A stretch of 64,000 bases of DNA from an uncultured Erysipelotrichaceae bacterium. GTDB taxonomy: Bacteria; Bacillota_I; Bacilli_A; RF39; UBA660. The stretch spans positions 82,756 through 146,755 of the forward strand of contig CACYLI010000002.1 in the NCBI GenBank assembly GCA_902775285.1. Direction: 5' to 3'. This document shows positions 9,397-19,193 of this stretch, one piece after another. A model generated the notes under the pieces. That model was given only the letters and a program-made list of their open reading frames with translations. It made no database searches and was not told where the DNA came from. Position numbers and translations under genes: made by a program. Position 1 is the stretch's first letter, and each line of letters opens with the position of its first letter.

Positions 9397-10347
9397 CTAT
9401 TTAGTTAAAAAATTCATTATTTCTAGGGCTAATTTAACACTATCATGTCTTATTACTTCCTCTTCTATTTTTACAAGAGGTCTTTTTATATTTGTAATTT
9501 TTATATTTTTATCATCTATTTCAACTAAATCTTTTTGTTCTAATGTTTCATATTTTCTTTGGACACTCTTACTTATTTTTTCATTATTTGTAATAACACA
9601 TTCTATTTTTCTATTACCTAGATAACTATTTAATAAGTTTATATGATCACTTACTTTAAAACCATCTGTTTCCCCTGGTTGACTCATAATATTACAAACA
9701 TAAATTATTTTAGCATTACTTTCATCAATTGCTTTTATTACATCTTTACATAATAAGTTTGGTATTATACTTGTATAAATACTTCCCATGCTTAATATAA
9801 TTGCATCTGCATTTTTAATAGATTTTACAACATCTTTATTAACCTTAGGATTCTTTTTATAATATACTCTTTTAATTTTTTTATCACATAATGTAATATT
9901 ATGTTCTCCTTCTACAATACTTCCATCTTCCATTTCTCCCATTAAAGTTACATTGTCATCTGTTAAAGGTAAAACAGAACCTTTTAAATTAAGTATTTTA
10001 GTTATTTGTTTGATTCCTTCAGACATACTACCAAAAATATCAATTAGTGCAGTAAGCATAATATTTCCAACTGTATGTCCATCAAAATCACCATTTGTTT
10101 CAAATCTATAATTTACTAATTTTCCAATAATATCTTCAGTTTCAGATAAAGCTATTAAAACTCTTCTTATATCTCCCATAGCAGGAACATTAAATTCACG
10201 TCTTAACTTACCTGTACTTTTTCCATCATCACATACGCTTACAACAGCAGTTATATTAAATGGAAATCTTTTAAGACCACTTAATAATACTGATTGCCCA
10301 GTTCCTCCACCAAGTACAACTATTTTTTTATCATCCATTTTTTTCAC
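9397..10347 (-). CDS. yvcK: YvcK/UPF0052 family gluconeogenesis factor (CofD-like)
   Basis: VVLGGGTGQSVLLSGLK…VVSVCDDGKSTG motifs. Confidence 0.8.
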   Translation of the reverse strand: MKKMDDKKIVVLGGGTGQSVLLSGLKRFPFNITAVVSVCDDGKSTGKLRREFNVPAMGDIRRVLIALSETEDIIGKLVNYRFETNGDFDGHTVGNIMLTALIDIFGSMSEGIKQITKILNLKGSVLPLTDDNVTLMGEMEDGSIVEGEHNITLCDKKIKRVYYKKNPKVNKDVVKSIKNADAIILSMGSIYTSIIPNLLCKDVIKAIDESNAKIIYVCNIMSQPGETDGFKVSDHINLLNSYLGNRKIECVITNNEKISKSVQRKYETLEQKDLVEIDDKNIKITNIKRPLVKIEEEVIRHDSVKLALEIMNFLTK

Positions 10348-10475
10348 CTCTAAAGTAACTATACATATAAATATGTCTTTTCTAATGCTATTATACTAAA
10401 AAAAATTAAAATTAAGAATAATTATTTATCAATTATATCATTTATGATAAAATGTTTATAATAAGGAGATAAGAA

Positions 10476-11036
10476 ATGGATTACGTTTATGATGAAGATT
10501 ATAGTTACACAACTACGGGTTCCGATTATTTTTCAAATAATGAAAGTCCAGAAGTTAATTCAACTGTTTTAGTAACAACTTTAATTATTTCTCTTGTAAT
10601 ATTTATTTTTGCAATTGCTATAATGTGGAAAATATTTACAAAAGCCGGTCAGAAAGGTTGGAAATCAATTGTTCCAATTTACAACATGTATGTATTATTT
10701 ACTATATCTGGACTTAAAGGTTGGTTAATTTTTATTCCTATTGTAAATGGTATTTTTTCACTAGTTTGTTACTTCAAACTAGCCAAATCATTTGGTAAAA
10801 GTGCTGGATTTGCACTTGGAATATTATTCTTACCAGTTATTTTCTTACCAATGCTTGCATTTGGTAAAAGTGAATACATTGGTCCTAATGGAGAAAAACA
10901 AAATAGTACAAATACAGAAACTATAAACAATAATGCAGAGTCAAATTCTGTAACATCAAATCCAGTAAATGTTTCTGATTTAAATCAAGTAGGAACACCT
11001 ACTGAACAAAATGTAAATCAAAATAATAATTTATAG
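10476..11036 (+). CDS. small polytopic membrane protein (DUF5684-like)
   Basis: 3-4 TM helices with an N/Q/T-rich C-terminal tail. Confidence 0.45.
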   Translation: MDYVYDEDYSYTTTGSDYFSNNESPEVNSTVLVTTLIISLVIFIFAIAIMWKIFTKAGQKGWKSIVPIYNMYVLFTISGLKGWLIFIPIVNGIFSLVCYFKLAKSFGKSAGFALGILFLPVIFLPMLAFGKSEYIGPNGEKQNSTNTETINNNAESNSVTSNPVNVSDLNQVGTPTEQNVNQNNNL

Positions 11037-11043
11037 TAAATTA

Positions 11044-11078
11044 AAAGATGAAGATTATTCTTCATCTTTTTTTTCTGC
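11044..11078 (+). terminator. rho-independent terminator
   Basis: aaagatgaaga-ttat-tcttcatcttt hairpin plus T run; overlaps the recA stop codon on the opposite strand. Confidence 0.5.
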
Positions 11079-12083
11079 CTTTTTATCATCACTATTATCA
11101 TTAAATAAGTCATTTCTAACTTTTTCTTCTATTTCTTTATATAATGCTGGATTATTTTTAAATACAAGTTTTACATTTTCTTTTCCTTGACCAATCTTTT
11201 CCCCTTTATAACTAAACCAAGCACCACTTTTATCAATAATACCAATATTAGATGCTATATCAATTACTTCCCCAGTTTTTGAAATTCCTTCTCCATACAT
11301 TATTTCTACTTCTGCTGTTTTAAATGGAGGTGCTACTTTATTTTTAACAACTTTAATTACAGTTTTATTACCAACTACATCACCATTTACTTTAATTTGT
11401 TCACTTCTTCTTACATCTAATCTAATTGTTGAATAAAACTTTAATGCCCTTCCACCAGGTGTTGTTTCAGGATTTCCAAAAAGAATTCCAACTTTTTCTC
11501 TTAATTGATTTATAAATATACAAATAGTATTTGTTTTATTAATAATACCACTCAATTTTCTTAAAGCTTGTGACATAAGTCTCGCCTGAAGTCCTACATG
11601 TGAATCTCCCATTTCTCCTTCAATTTCAGCTTGTGGAACTAATGCAGCAACACTATCAATAACAATAATACTCATTGCTTCACTTCTAACTAATGCTTCT
11701 ACTATTTCTAAAGCTTGTTCTCCAGTATCAGGTTGGCTTAATAATAATTCATCAGTATTTACACCTAATTTTTTTGCATAAACTGGATCTAATGCATGCT
11801 CTGCATCTATAAAAGCAGCTCTTCCACCATTCTTTTGAACTTCTGCAATTGCATGTAAAGCAATAGTTGTTTTACCACTTGATTCAGGTCCAAACACCTC
11901 AATTATTCTTCCCTTTGGATATCCTCCAACTCCAAGTGCTTGATCCAGTGCTAAAGATCCACTTGAAACTACATCTATATTCTTAACGCCCTTTTCTCCT
12001 AATTTCATTATAGCGCCTTTACCAAATTGTTTTTCGATATCAGCAAGTACTTGATCTAAAGTTTTATCTTTTTCTTTTTTCAT
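11055..12083 (-). CDS. recA: recombinase RecA
   Basis: GPESSGKTT Walker A, L1/L2 loops and the conserved RecA core. Confidence 0.95.
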   Translation of the reverse strand: MKKEKDKTLDQVLADIEKQFGKGAIMKLGEKGVKNIDVVSSGSLALDQALGVGGYPKGRIIEVFGPESSGKTTIALHAIAEVQKNGGRAAFIDAEHALDPVYAKKLGVNTDELLLSQPDTGEQALEIVEALVRSEAMSIIVIDSVAALVPQAEIEGEMGDSHVGLQARLMSQALRKLSGIINKTNTICIFINQLREKVGILFGNPETTPGGRALKFYSTIRLDVRRSEQIKVNGDVVGNKTVIKVVKNKVAPPFKTAEVEIMYGEGISKTGEVIDIASNIGIIDKSGAWFSYKGEKIGQGKENVKLVFKNNPALYKEIEEKVRNDLFNDNSDDKKAEKKDEE

Positions 12084-12106
12084 AAGTATTCTCCTTCAAT
12101 AATCTA

Positions 12107-12135
12107 ATTTTAAAACATTTTATTTTCTTTGTCAA
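12107..12135 (-). promoter_or_regulatory. sigma-A promoter for recA
   Basis: On the minus strand: TTGACA (plus coords 12130-12135), 17-nt spacer, TAAAAT (12107-12112); AGGAG RBS before the ATG. Confidence 0.45.
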
Positions 12136-12145
12136 TAACTTTTTA

Positions 12146-12159
12146 CAAACTTTTGTTTG
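12146..12159. promoter_or_regulatory. putative LexA (SOS/Cheo-like) box upstream of recA
   Basis: CAAACttttGTTTG palindrome directly upstream of the -35. It differs from the Gram-positive GAAC-N4-GTTC consensus by one position per half-site. Confidence 0.3.
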
Positions 12160-12288
12160 CTAATAATTAAATTATTAATTCTACAATGTTTTCATTATTA
12201 TTTTTTTCTAAAAAAAAGATAATAAAAATAGTTTTTTTACTTAAATTATTGATTAAAAAAATAAAAACAATAACTTTTAAAGTTATTG

Positions 12289-12897
12289 TTATTTTGTTAA
12301 AAACTTTTTGTTTTTTGTATAATACTCTATTCCACTAATAATTGATAATATAGTTGCTATCATTATTAAAACTCTAGCTGGATATACATTAAATAGTGAA
12401 AATGGTAAATTGTAAAACAATAATAAAGTAATACCTATAAGCATAAACACAGTTTTTACTTTTCCAGTATTTGAAGCTCCTACTGCTCCATTTTTTTGAC
12501 CAGCAACCATTTTAATTGAATCTACTATAATATCTCTAGATACAATTACAACTGGAATAATAGCACTAATGTGGCCTTCAACTGCTAATATGATTAAAAC
12601 ACCATTAACTAATAATTTATCAGCAATTGCATCTAAAACTTTTCCAAAATCTGTTACTAAATTATACTTTCTAGCTAAATATCCATCTAAGAAATCTGTT
12701 ACAGACGCAATTAAGAAAATGATGCCACATATTAAATATTTACTATCAATAATAAATTTTCCATTAACATCTATTTCTGGAAAACTAATTCCTATTCTAT
12801 TTAAAGGAAAAATCATAATAACCAATAATAATATAGACAAGACAATTCTACAAATAGTTATTTTATTTGGAACATTCATATTAATACATCCTTTCAT
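12289..12897 (-). CDS. pgsA: CDP-diacylglycerol--glycerol-3-phosphate 3-phosphatidyltransferase
   Basis: CDP-alcohol phosphatidyltransferase motif DFLDGYLARK…DAIADK. Confidence 0.85.
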   Translation of the reverse strand: MKGCINMNVPNKITICRIVLSILLLVIMIFPLNRIGISFPEIDVNGKFIIDSKYLICGIIFLIASVTDFLDGYLARKYNLVTDFGKVLDAIADKLLVNGVLIILAVEGHISAIIPVVIVSRDIIVDSIKMVAGQKNGAVGASNTGKVKTVFMLIGITLLLFYNLPFSLFNVYPARVLIMIATILSIISGIEYYTKNKKFLTK

Positions 12898-13372
12898 TAA
12901 TATAATTAATACCCATAGTATTTATTTGTTTATCTGTTACATACTTAACAATTAAAATAAGTAATACAATAACTACTATTAAAGATACAACATAAATGAT
13001 AATATACTTAATATTCTTATTATTCTTTCTTTTAATTGTATATGGTGAAACAATTTTATTTTCTTCATTCTTACTTTCAAGTATTTTTATTTCTCTTGTT
13101 TGCTCTAATATATCATCAATAGGTATTCTAGATGTATAACCAAACATAAAATCATTAAATTGATCCATTATATCATCTTCATCAAGATTTAAATACTTAG
13201 CATACTTTTTAACTGTTTCTTTTAGAAAAAAAACATCTTTAAAAGCATTAATATTACCATCTTCTAAGTTTTCTAATTGACTTTCAGTTATATTTAAATC
13301 TTTTATTACTTCTTCTATCGAAATACCTATTGTCTCTCTAGCTTCTTTAAAGCTTTGACCAATTTCTTTCAT
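12881..13372 (-). CDS. RodZ-like HTH (XRE family) membrane protein
   Basis: N-terminal XRE HTH and a C-terminal TM helix; located upstream of pgsA, as ymfM/rodZ is in Bacillus. Confidence 0.6.
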   Translation of the reverse strand: MKEIGQSFKEARETIGISIEEVIKDLNITESQLENLEDGNINAFKDVFFLKETVKKYAKYLNLDEDDIMDQFNDFMFGYTSRIPIDDILEQTREIKILESKNEENKIVSPYTIKRKNNKNIKYIIIYVVSLIVVIVLLILIVKYVTDKQINTMGINYINERMY

Positions 13373-13394
13373 AGTTTAATTCTCCTAAAAAAAA

Positions 13395-13744
13395 TAATAA
13401 TTCTTAATAAGCCATGTTCTGTACCTAAAAGGTGACAAACATTTATCTAGGGATTACTCCCTCCCTTACTCCTTTATTAATTCATTCGTAAGAGTTCCCC
13501 TACCAAATTTGGGTTTCTCACTCGCGGGGTTTACCTCGTTCCACAATTGTTATTCCTAACAATCTCGTCTCTATGGCACTTTTATACCTACTTTAATCAG
13601 TTCTTGATTATTTCGGAGCCGTTAGTATAAATATACTACCTAAGGTTATTTTTTCCCTTAGCACGAACATTACCATCCATTCCAGGATGAGTGAGCATGG
13701 ACTTTCCTCTACATAATATGCAGCGTTTGTCTAAAGAATTATTC
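13395..13744 (-). ncRNA. rnpB: RNase P RNA (type B, Firmicute)
   Basis: Reverse complement contains GTAGAGGAAAGTCCATGCTC, GGTAAACCCCGCGAGTGAGAAACCCAAATTTGGTAGGGGAAC and ACAGAACATGGCTTA. P1 helix AATAATTCTT pairs with AAGAATTATT. Sits next to gpsB, as in Bacillus. Ends are approximate to within about 5 nt. Confidence 0.85.
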
Positions 13745-14107
13745 TCCGTATACTACTTTTTCTAGATCACTAATTCTTTTTAGTAAATCAACATTAGTGA
13801 CTCCTTTATTAGATCCAGCTATATCAAGAGATGCCTTTAAATTTCTAATTTCAGCTTTTAATTTAGCATTATCTGCTTCCAAAGTTTTAATCTCTGTTAC
13901 TAATCTTTTTGTTGTTGCTTCAAAATCAACATAATCCTTAATTATCATATCAAGAAATTGATCTACTTCCTGTGGTCTGTATCCCCTAGCATCTATTTTA
14001 AAATCTTTTTCTAGTATTTCTCTAGCTGTTAGAAATCTTTTATCTTCGTACATCTTTTTTAGCCTCTCTTCCAGTCTAATTATATTACAATTGGCTCTTT
14101 TAGTCAA
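13739..14107 (-). CDS. gpsB: cell cycle protein GpsB (DivIVA domain)
   Basis: DivIVA N-terminal domain (DFKIDARGYRPQEVDQFLD) plus coiled coil; 122 aa. Confidence 0.8.
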   Translation of the reverse strand: MTKRANCNIIRLEERLKKMYEDKRFLTAREILEKDFKIDARGYRPQEVDQFLDMIIKDYVDFEATTKRLVTEIKTLEADNAKLKAEIRNLKASLDIAGSNKGVTNVDLLKRISDLEKVVYGE

Positions 14108-14260
14108 TAAAAGAGCAAACTATCTTAATTTGCTCTCTATACTTAATATACTATAATTTAATTCTTTATCAATCTCTTTAAAATAATAATTTATATTTTT
14201 TTTCATATTTTTAGAATAATACAAACAAATTATTATTTCATTAAAATCGACAAAAATAGA

Positions 14261-14974
14261 TTATTTATTTAATTCATCTTTAAAATAATCAATTATTTTA
14301 CTAAAATCATTTTCATCAACATTACTAATCTTAATTCCATAATGAATAATCTTATCATCATAATTTATTATTTTGTTAATACCTGAATAATCTACTAAAA
14401 CTTTAACTATTCTATTAGGATAATGAACTATTTCAAATTTCATAATATTATCATATGTTAACTCAATATTTGTATTAAACAATAAATTATATTCATTAAT
14501 ATAGTCAGAATAAGTAATACTACATATACTCTTAGCATTATTAACATATTCTAAATGACAATATTTAATAATATTTTTTATTAATCTAATATCATAATAA
14601 TTATCATTTATTTTTTCTTTATCAATTTTAGTTAGTTTTACTGTATCAGCATCCACTTCATAATAATTATCTTGATATTCTAAATATCCTTTACTATCTA
14701 TTTCATAAAGAACTACATTTGCATCAGTAGAATATTCTATATTAGTCATTTTATTATTAATACTTTTCTCTATTTCTAAAGTATAATTATTATTAACTTT
14801 ATCAAATAAAGCAATTAATTCTTCTTTTGTAATATCTTTTTTAGGTATTTTATAGCCTTTTTTATTACTAGAAAAAATAATAAATACTAACATTAAAGAT
14901 AATATTAAAACTATTAATATTCCTTTTAATATATTCTCTTTAATTCCTATTTTTTCACTTACCTTATTTAACAT
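14261..14974 (-). CDS. hypothetical membrane-anchored protein
   Basis: N-terminal TM helix; no recognisable motif. Confidence 0.4.
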   Translation of the reverse strand: MLNKVSEKIGIKENILKGILIVLILSLMLVFIIFSSNKKGYKIPKKDITKEELIALFDKVNNNYTLEIEKSINNKMTNIEYSTDANVVLYEIDSKGYLEYQDNYYEVDADTVKLTKIDKEKINDNYYDIRLIKNIIKYCHLEYVNNAKSICSITYSDYINEYNLLFNTNIELTYDNIMKFEIVHYPNRIVKVLVDYSGINKIINYDDKIIHYGIKISNVDENDFSKIIDYFKDELNK

Positions 14975-15897
14975 ATTTCCCCTATTAATTTTTCATTCTT
15001 TTTTCCATTTAAATAATCTCTTGCACTCATTTCTTTTTTTCCACTAGGTTTTAATCTAGTAATGATTATTTCCTTATCTTTACATTTAATACCTATACCA
15101 TCTTTATAAAGGTTAGTAATTTCTCCTATATGTCCACTAACTTCATTTCCTATTTTAGATTCACATACTTTAACTATTTCACCCTTAATAATAGTATAGC
15201 TAACTGGAAATGGATACATTCCTCTTATGTGATTAAACACTTCTCTTGCTGTTTTATTAAAATCTAATTTTTCTTCTTCTCTTTTTATATTATAAGCAAA
15301 TGTAACCTCTTTTTCATCCTGTTTTATTCTATTATTTGTATTATTAAAAATACTAGGAAGTGTTTCTAATAATAATTTACTACCTAAAATACTTAATTTA
15401 TCATGAATACTACCGACATTATCAGAATCTAATATATCTATACTTTCTTGAGATATAATATCTCCATCATCCATACCTGGTGCCATATACATAATAGTAA
15501 TACCTGTTTTTTTATATCCATCTATTATAGCTTTATGTAAAGGACTACCTCCTCTTAATTTAGGAAGTAAAGATGCGTGAACATTAATAGCCTTATATTT
15601 AGGAGTTTCAAGTAAAATAGTAGGTATTATTTGTCCATAAGCACAAGTTATAATAATATCAGGATTATAATCAAGAATTTTCTGATAATCTTCTCTAATT
15701 TTATTAGGTTGAAATACATCAATATTGTTTTTTAATGCAATTTCTTTAACAGGAGAAAACTTCAATTCATGATGTCTACCAACATATGAATCTGGTTGAG
15801 TTACTACCAAAACTACATTAGTTTCTTTTATTAACATTTCAAGTACATTTATACTAAATTCAGGAGTACCCATAAATACTACTCTTTTATCTTTCAT
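14968..15897 (-). CDS. fmt: methionyl-tRNA formyltransferase
   Basis: Formyltransferase fold (VVFMGTPEFS, HASLLPKLRG); 309 aa. Confidence 0.9.
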   Translation of the reverse strand: MKDKRVVFMGTPEFSINVLEMLIKETNVVLVVTQPDSYVGRHHELKFSPVKEIALKNNIDVFQPNKIREDYQKILDYNPDIIITCAYGQIIPTILLETPKYKAINVHASLLPKLRGGSPLHKAIIDGYKKTGITIMYMAPGMDDGDIISQESIDILDSDNVGSIHDKLSILGSKLLLETLPSIFNNTNNRIKQDEKEVTFAYNIKREEEKLDFNKTAREVFNHIRGMYPFPVSYTIIKGEIVKVCESKIGNEVSGHIGEITNLYKDGIGIKCKDKEIIITRLKPSGKKEMSARDYLNGKKNEKLIGEIC

Positions 15898-15920
15898 AAT
15901 GCTTCACCTCCTAAATTATA

Positions 15921-18077
15921 TTAAATATTAATGTTAATATCAATATTAATATCTTTCTTATCTATTTTGTTTATTTCATTTAATACTTTATAAAGTATCT
16001 CTGTTTTTTTATACTTTATCATAATATTAAATCTATATTTACCATTTAATTTAACTATACTTGAAACACTTGGTCCTAAAATAATATAATCATCGCTTAA
16101 ATTATTATCTAAATATTTTTTTATTCTATTTGCTTCATTACCAGCTGTATTAAAGTCACTACTACCAATTAAAATATTACAAATATAATAATATGGTGGA
16201 TATTTAAGACTTTTTCTAATATTCATTTCATATTTAAAAAATTCATTATAATCATTTAATAAAACACATTTATAAACATAATTACTTGGATTATATGTCT
16301 GAATTATAACTTTACCAGGTAAACTAAATCTTCCTACTCTACCTGCTGTTTGACTTATTAATTCATAAGTTCTTTCTGAACTTCTAAAATCTGGAATAGA
16401 AAGAGATGTATCAGGATTAATAATCCCAACTAAACTCACATTTTTAAAATTAAGTCCTTTAGATATCATTTGAGTTCCAACTAAAATATCATAATTTCCA
16501 CTTTCGAATTCTTTAATTAATTTTTGATGAGAATTTTTTGTACTAGTAGTATCAGCATCCATTCTAAGAACTTTTGTATTATATTTTTTTTCAATTAAAC
16601 TTTGTAATTTTTCTGTTCCTAGTCCTAAATCTTTTATAGCATTTTCTTTACAATTAGGACATATATCACTTTTTTTAGTTCTATATCCACAATAATGACA
16701 AGAATATGATTCACTACTTTTATGATATATTAAAGAAATATCACAATTAGGACATTTATAAACATAACCACAATTTGTACATGATAAAAATGTCGAGTAA
16801 CCTCTTCTATTTAGTAATAATATAACCTGTTCTTTTCTAGATAATGCGCTTCTAATCTCATTATCTAATGTTTGACTTATTATATAATTATGCTTTTTAG
16901 CTTCTATTTCCATATCAACTATTTCAATTTTTGGAAAATTTCCACTAATTCTTTTATCTAAGTTTATTAAATGTAAGACATTCTTTTTACCTCTTGCATA
17001 TTCCTCTAAAGAAGGAGTAGCGCTTCCAAGCACAACTTTAGCATGATTATATTCTCCCCTTTTATATGCTATATCTATAGCATTATATTTTGGTGTACTT
17101 TCTTGTTTATAAGTTTGACTTTGACATTCATCTATTATTATTAATCCAATATTCTTTAATGGTGAAAAGATAGCACTTCTTGCCCCAACTACTATTTTAA
17201 CCTTATCATTCATTATTTTTCTATATTCATCGTATTTTTCTCCTTCACTAAGAGAACTATGAAATACAGCTACATCTTCTTTAAAAACACTTTTAAATCT
17301 AGCAACTATTTGAGGTGTTAATGATATTTCAGGAACTAAAACAATAGATGTTTTATTATTCTTAATGTTTTTCTTTATTAAATCAATATATACTTCAGTT
17401 TTACCACTACCAGTTACACCATATAATAAGAATTTATTATCTTTACTATTTAATATTTCATTACTAGCTCTTTCTTGTTCTATAGTTAACTTTATATCTT
17501 TTGATTTTTCTTCTTCTATATATACTTCTCTATTAACTTCATATTTTTCTTCTAAAACTATTTTCTTATTAATTAAACTAGCTAATGAAGGACAATTAAT
17601 ATCTTTTTTTAATAATTCTTTTTCTTTTAATAATTCTATTATTTCAATTTCTTTTTTATTTCTTTTATGTTCTAAAATATATTCTTCGTAGTTAACTTCT
17701 CTATTTAAATAAACTTTAACTTCATATTTTTTATTAATATTAGTTTTAATAGAGGCTTTTAATGCCTTGGGTAACATTATTTGATAACAACTAATTAAAT
17801 TACATAATAAAGATTTACTCATATATTTACCTAATTCGAGTAATTCCTTATTTAAATAAAAATCACTATCTTGTATTTTAATTATTGTTCTATATTTTAA
17901 ATCTTCATTTATATTATTATGTATATTTAAAACAAAACCTTCTACTTCTTTAGAAGCAAAAGGAACTATTACTTTATGACCAATTTTAATTATTTCTTTT
18001 AAATCATCTGGTACATAATAATCAAATACTTTATTTAGTGATTTAACTGAATATTCAATTATTACACTAGCTAACAT
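15921..18077 (-). CDS. priA: primosomal protein N' (PriA helicase)
   Basis: Walker A LYGVTGSGKTEVY, DEAD-like box, Cys4 zinc-finger cluster and C-terminal domain. Confidence 0.9.
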   Translation of the reverse strand: MLASVIIEYSVKSLNKVFDYYVPDDLKEIIKIGHKVIVPFASKEVEGFVLNIHNNINEDLKYRTIIKIQDSDFYLNKELLELGKYMSKSLLCNLISCYQIMLPKALKASIKTNINKKYEVKVYLNREVNYEEYILEHKRNKKEIEIIELLKEKELLKKDINCPSLASLINKKIVLEEKYEVNREVYIEEEKSKDIKLTIEQERASNEILNSKDNKFLLYGVTGSGKTEVYIDLIKKNIKNNKTSIVLVPEISLTPQIVARFKSVFKEDVAVFHSSLSEGEKYDEYRKIMNDKVKIVVGARSAIFSPLKNIGLIIIDECQSQTYKQESTPKYNAIDIAYKRGEYNHAKVVLGSATPSLEEYARGKKNVLHLINLDKRISGNFPKIEIVDMEIEAKKHNYIISQTLDNEIRSALSRKEQVILLLNRRGYSTFLSCTNCGYVYKCPNCDISLIYHKSSESYSCHYCGYRTKKSDICPNCKENAIKDLGLGTEKLQSLIEKKYNTKVLRMDADTTSTKNSHQKLIKEFESGNYDILVGTQMISKGLNFKNVSLVGIINPDTSLSIPDFRSSERTYELISQTAGRVGRFSLPGKVIIQTYNPSNYVYKCVLLNDYNEFFKYEMNIRKSLKYPPYYYICNILIGSSDFNTAGNEANRIKKYLDNNLSDDYIILGPSVSSIVKLNGKYRFNIMIKYKKTEILYKVLNEINKIDKKDINIDININI

Positions 18078-18600
18078 AATTACCTCTTAAATATGGATTA
18101 TTTTTTAATTCATAATCTACACTTGTTTTATCTCCATGACCTGGATAAATAATAATATCTTTATTAAGTAATTTAAATTTTTTCAAACTAGATATCATTA
18201 TATTTTCATTTTTCATATCATAATTACCTATAGTTTCTTTAAATACAAAATCTCCTGTAAACATTACTTTGTCTTTTTCAAAAAGAAATGAAATACTATC
18301 CATAGTATGACCATAATTTTCAATTATTTTAAAATTAAACTCATTTAATTTTTCAATTCTATTTTCATTATTTACTACTATGCATTTATATTTATTAACA
18401 ATATCATTTAAAGCTCCAATATGATCAAAATGAGAATGTGTTATTAATACTCCAACTACATTTAACTTTAATTCTTCTATTTTGGCAATTATTCTATTAC
18501 TTTCACTTCCTGGATCTATTATTAAAGCATTTTTATTATAGTATAATATATAGCAATTTTCTTCTAAATAACCATTTACTATACATATAACATTTAACAT
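18067..18600 (-). CDS. MBL-fold metallo-hydrolase
   Basis: HSHFDHIG metallo-beta-lactamase motif; 177 aa. Confidence 0.7.
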   Translation of the reverse strand: MLNVICIVNGYLEENCYILYYNKNALIIDPGSESNRIIAKIEELKLNVVGVLITHSHFDHIGALNDIVNKYKCIVVNNENRIEKLNEFNFKIIENYGHTMDSISFLFEKDKVMFTGDFVFKETIGNYDMKNENIMISSLKKFKLLNKDIIIYPGHGDKTSVDYELKNNPYLRGNYVS

Positions 18601-19163
18601 ATTTCATCTCCATTTTCATCAAACATATCAAGTAAACTATCAAGTCTATTTAAAACTCTATACCCTTTAGATTCCATTTCTTTAGAAAATCTTACTGATA
18701 TTCCTCCAGCTTCTTCCCATTCTTTTAGATTTCCAGAAAAATCATCTACCAAAATTGCTCCTTCGCTATGAACCATTTTAGTTTTAGATACACTTTTAGG
18801 TACTATTATTATAGTAATATCATCTTTAAAATGTCTTCTTAAATATTTTATTTTAACAACACCTTCATCCAATGAATTAACATGTGAAAGAAATGCAACT
18901 TCAAATCTTTTACTATCTAATATTTTATTAATACATTCAATTGAATCATTTAAAATATTTTTATCTTTAATAATAGTTCTAAAATCAAAAGATCCAAACA
19001 CTTTTCTTATTTGTTCTTCATTATCTAATGTTACATTATTCTTTTCTAGTTCATTATATAATAAAGGAATTGTATCCATTACTACACCATCAAAATCGAT
19101 ATATAATCTTCTCATAATATTACCTCTTACTAATAATATAATAATTTGTATTAATTTTGTCAA
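18594..19163 (-). CDS. HAD-like 5'(3')-deoxyribonucleotidase family protein
   Basis: YIDFDGVVMDT HAD motif I; the true start is probably the internal Met, about 16 codons in. Confidence 0.5.
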   Translation of the reverse strand: MTKLIQIIILLVRGNIMRRLYIDFDGVVMDTIPLLYNELEKNNVTLDNEEQIRKVFGSFDFRTIIKDKNILNDSIECINKILDSKRFEVAFLSHVNSLDEGVVKIKYLRRHFKDDITIIIVPKSVSKTKMVHSEGAILVDDFSGNLKEWEEAGGISVRFSKEMESKGYRVLNRLDSLLDMFDENGDEIC

Positions 19164-19193
19164 ACAATATAAAAAAATGTAAACATATTTTGT

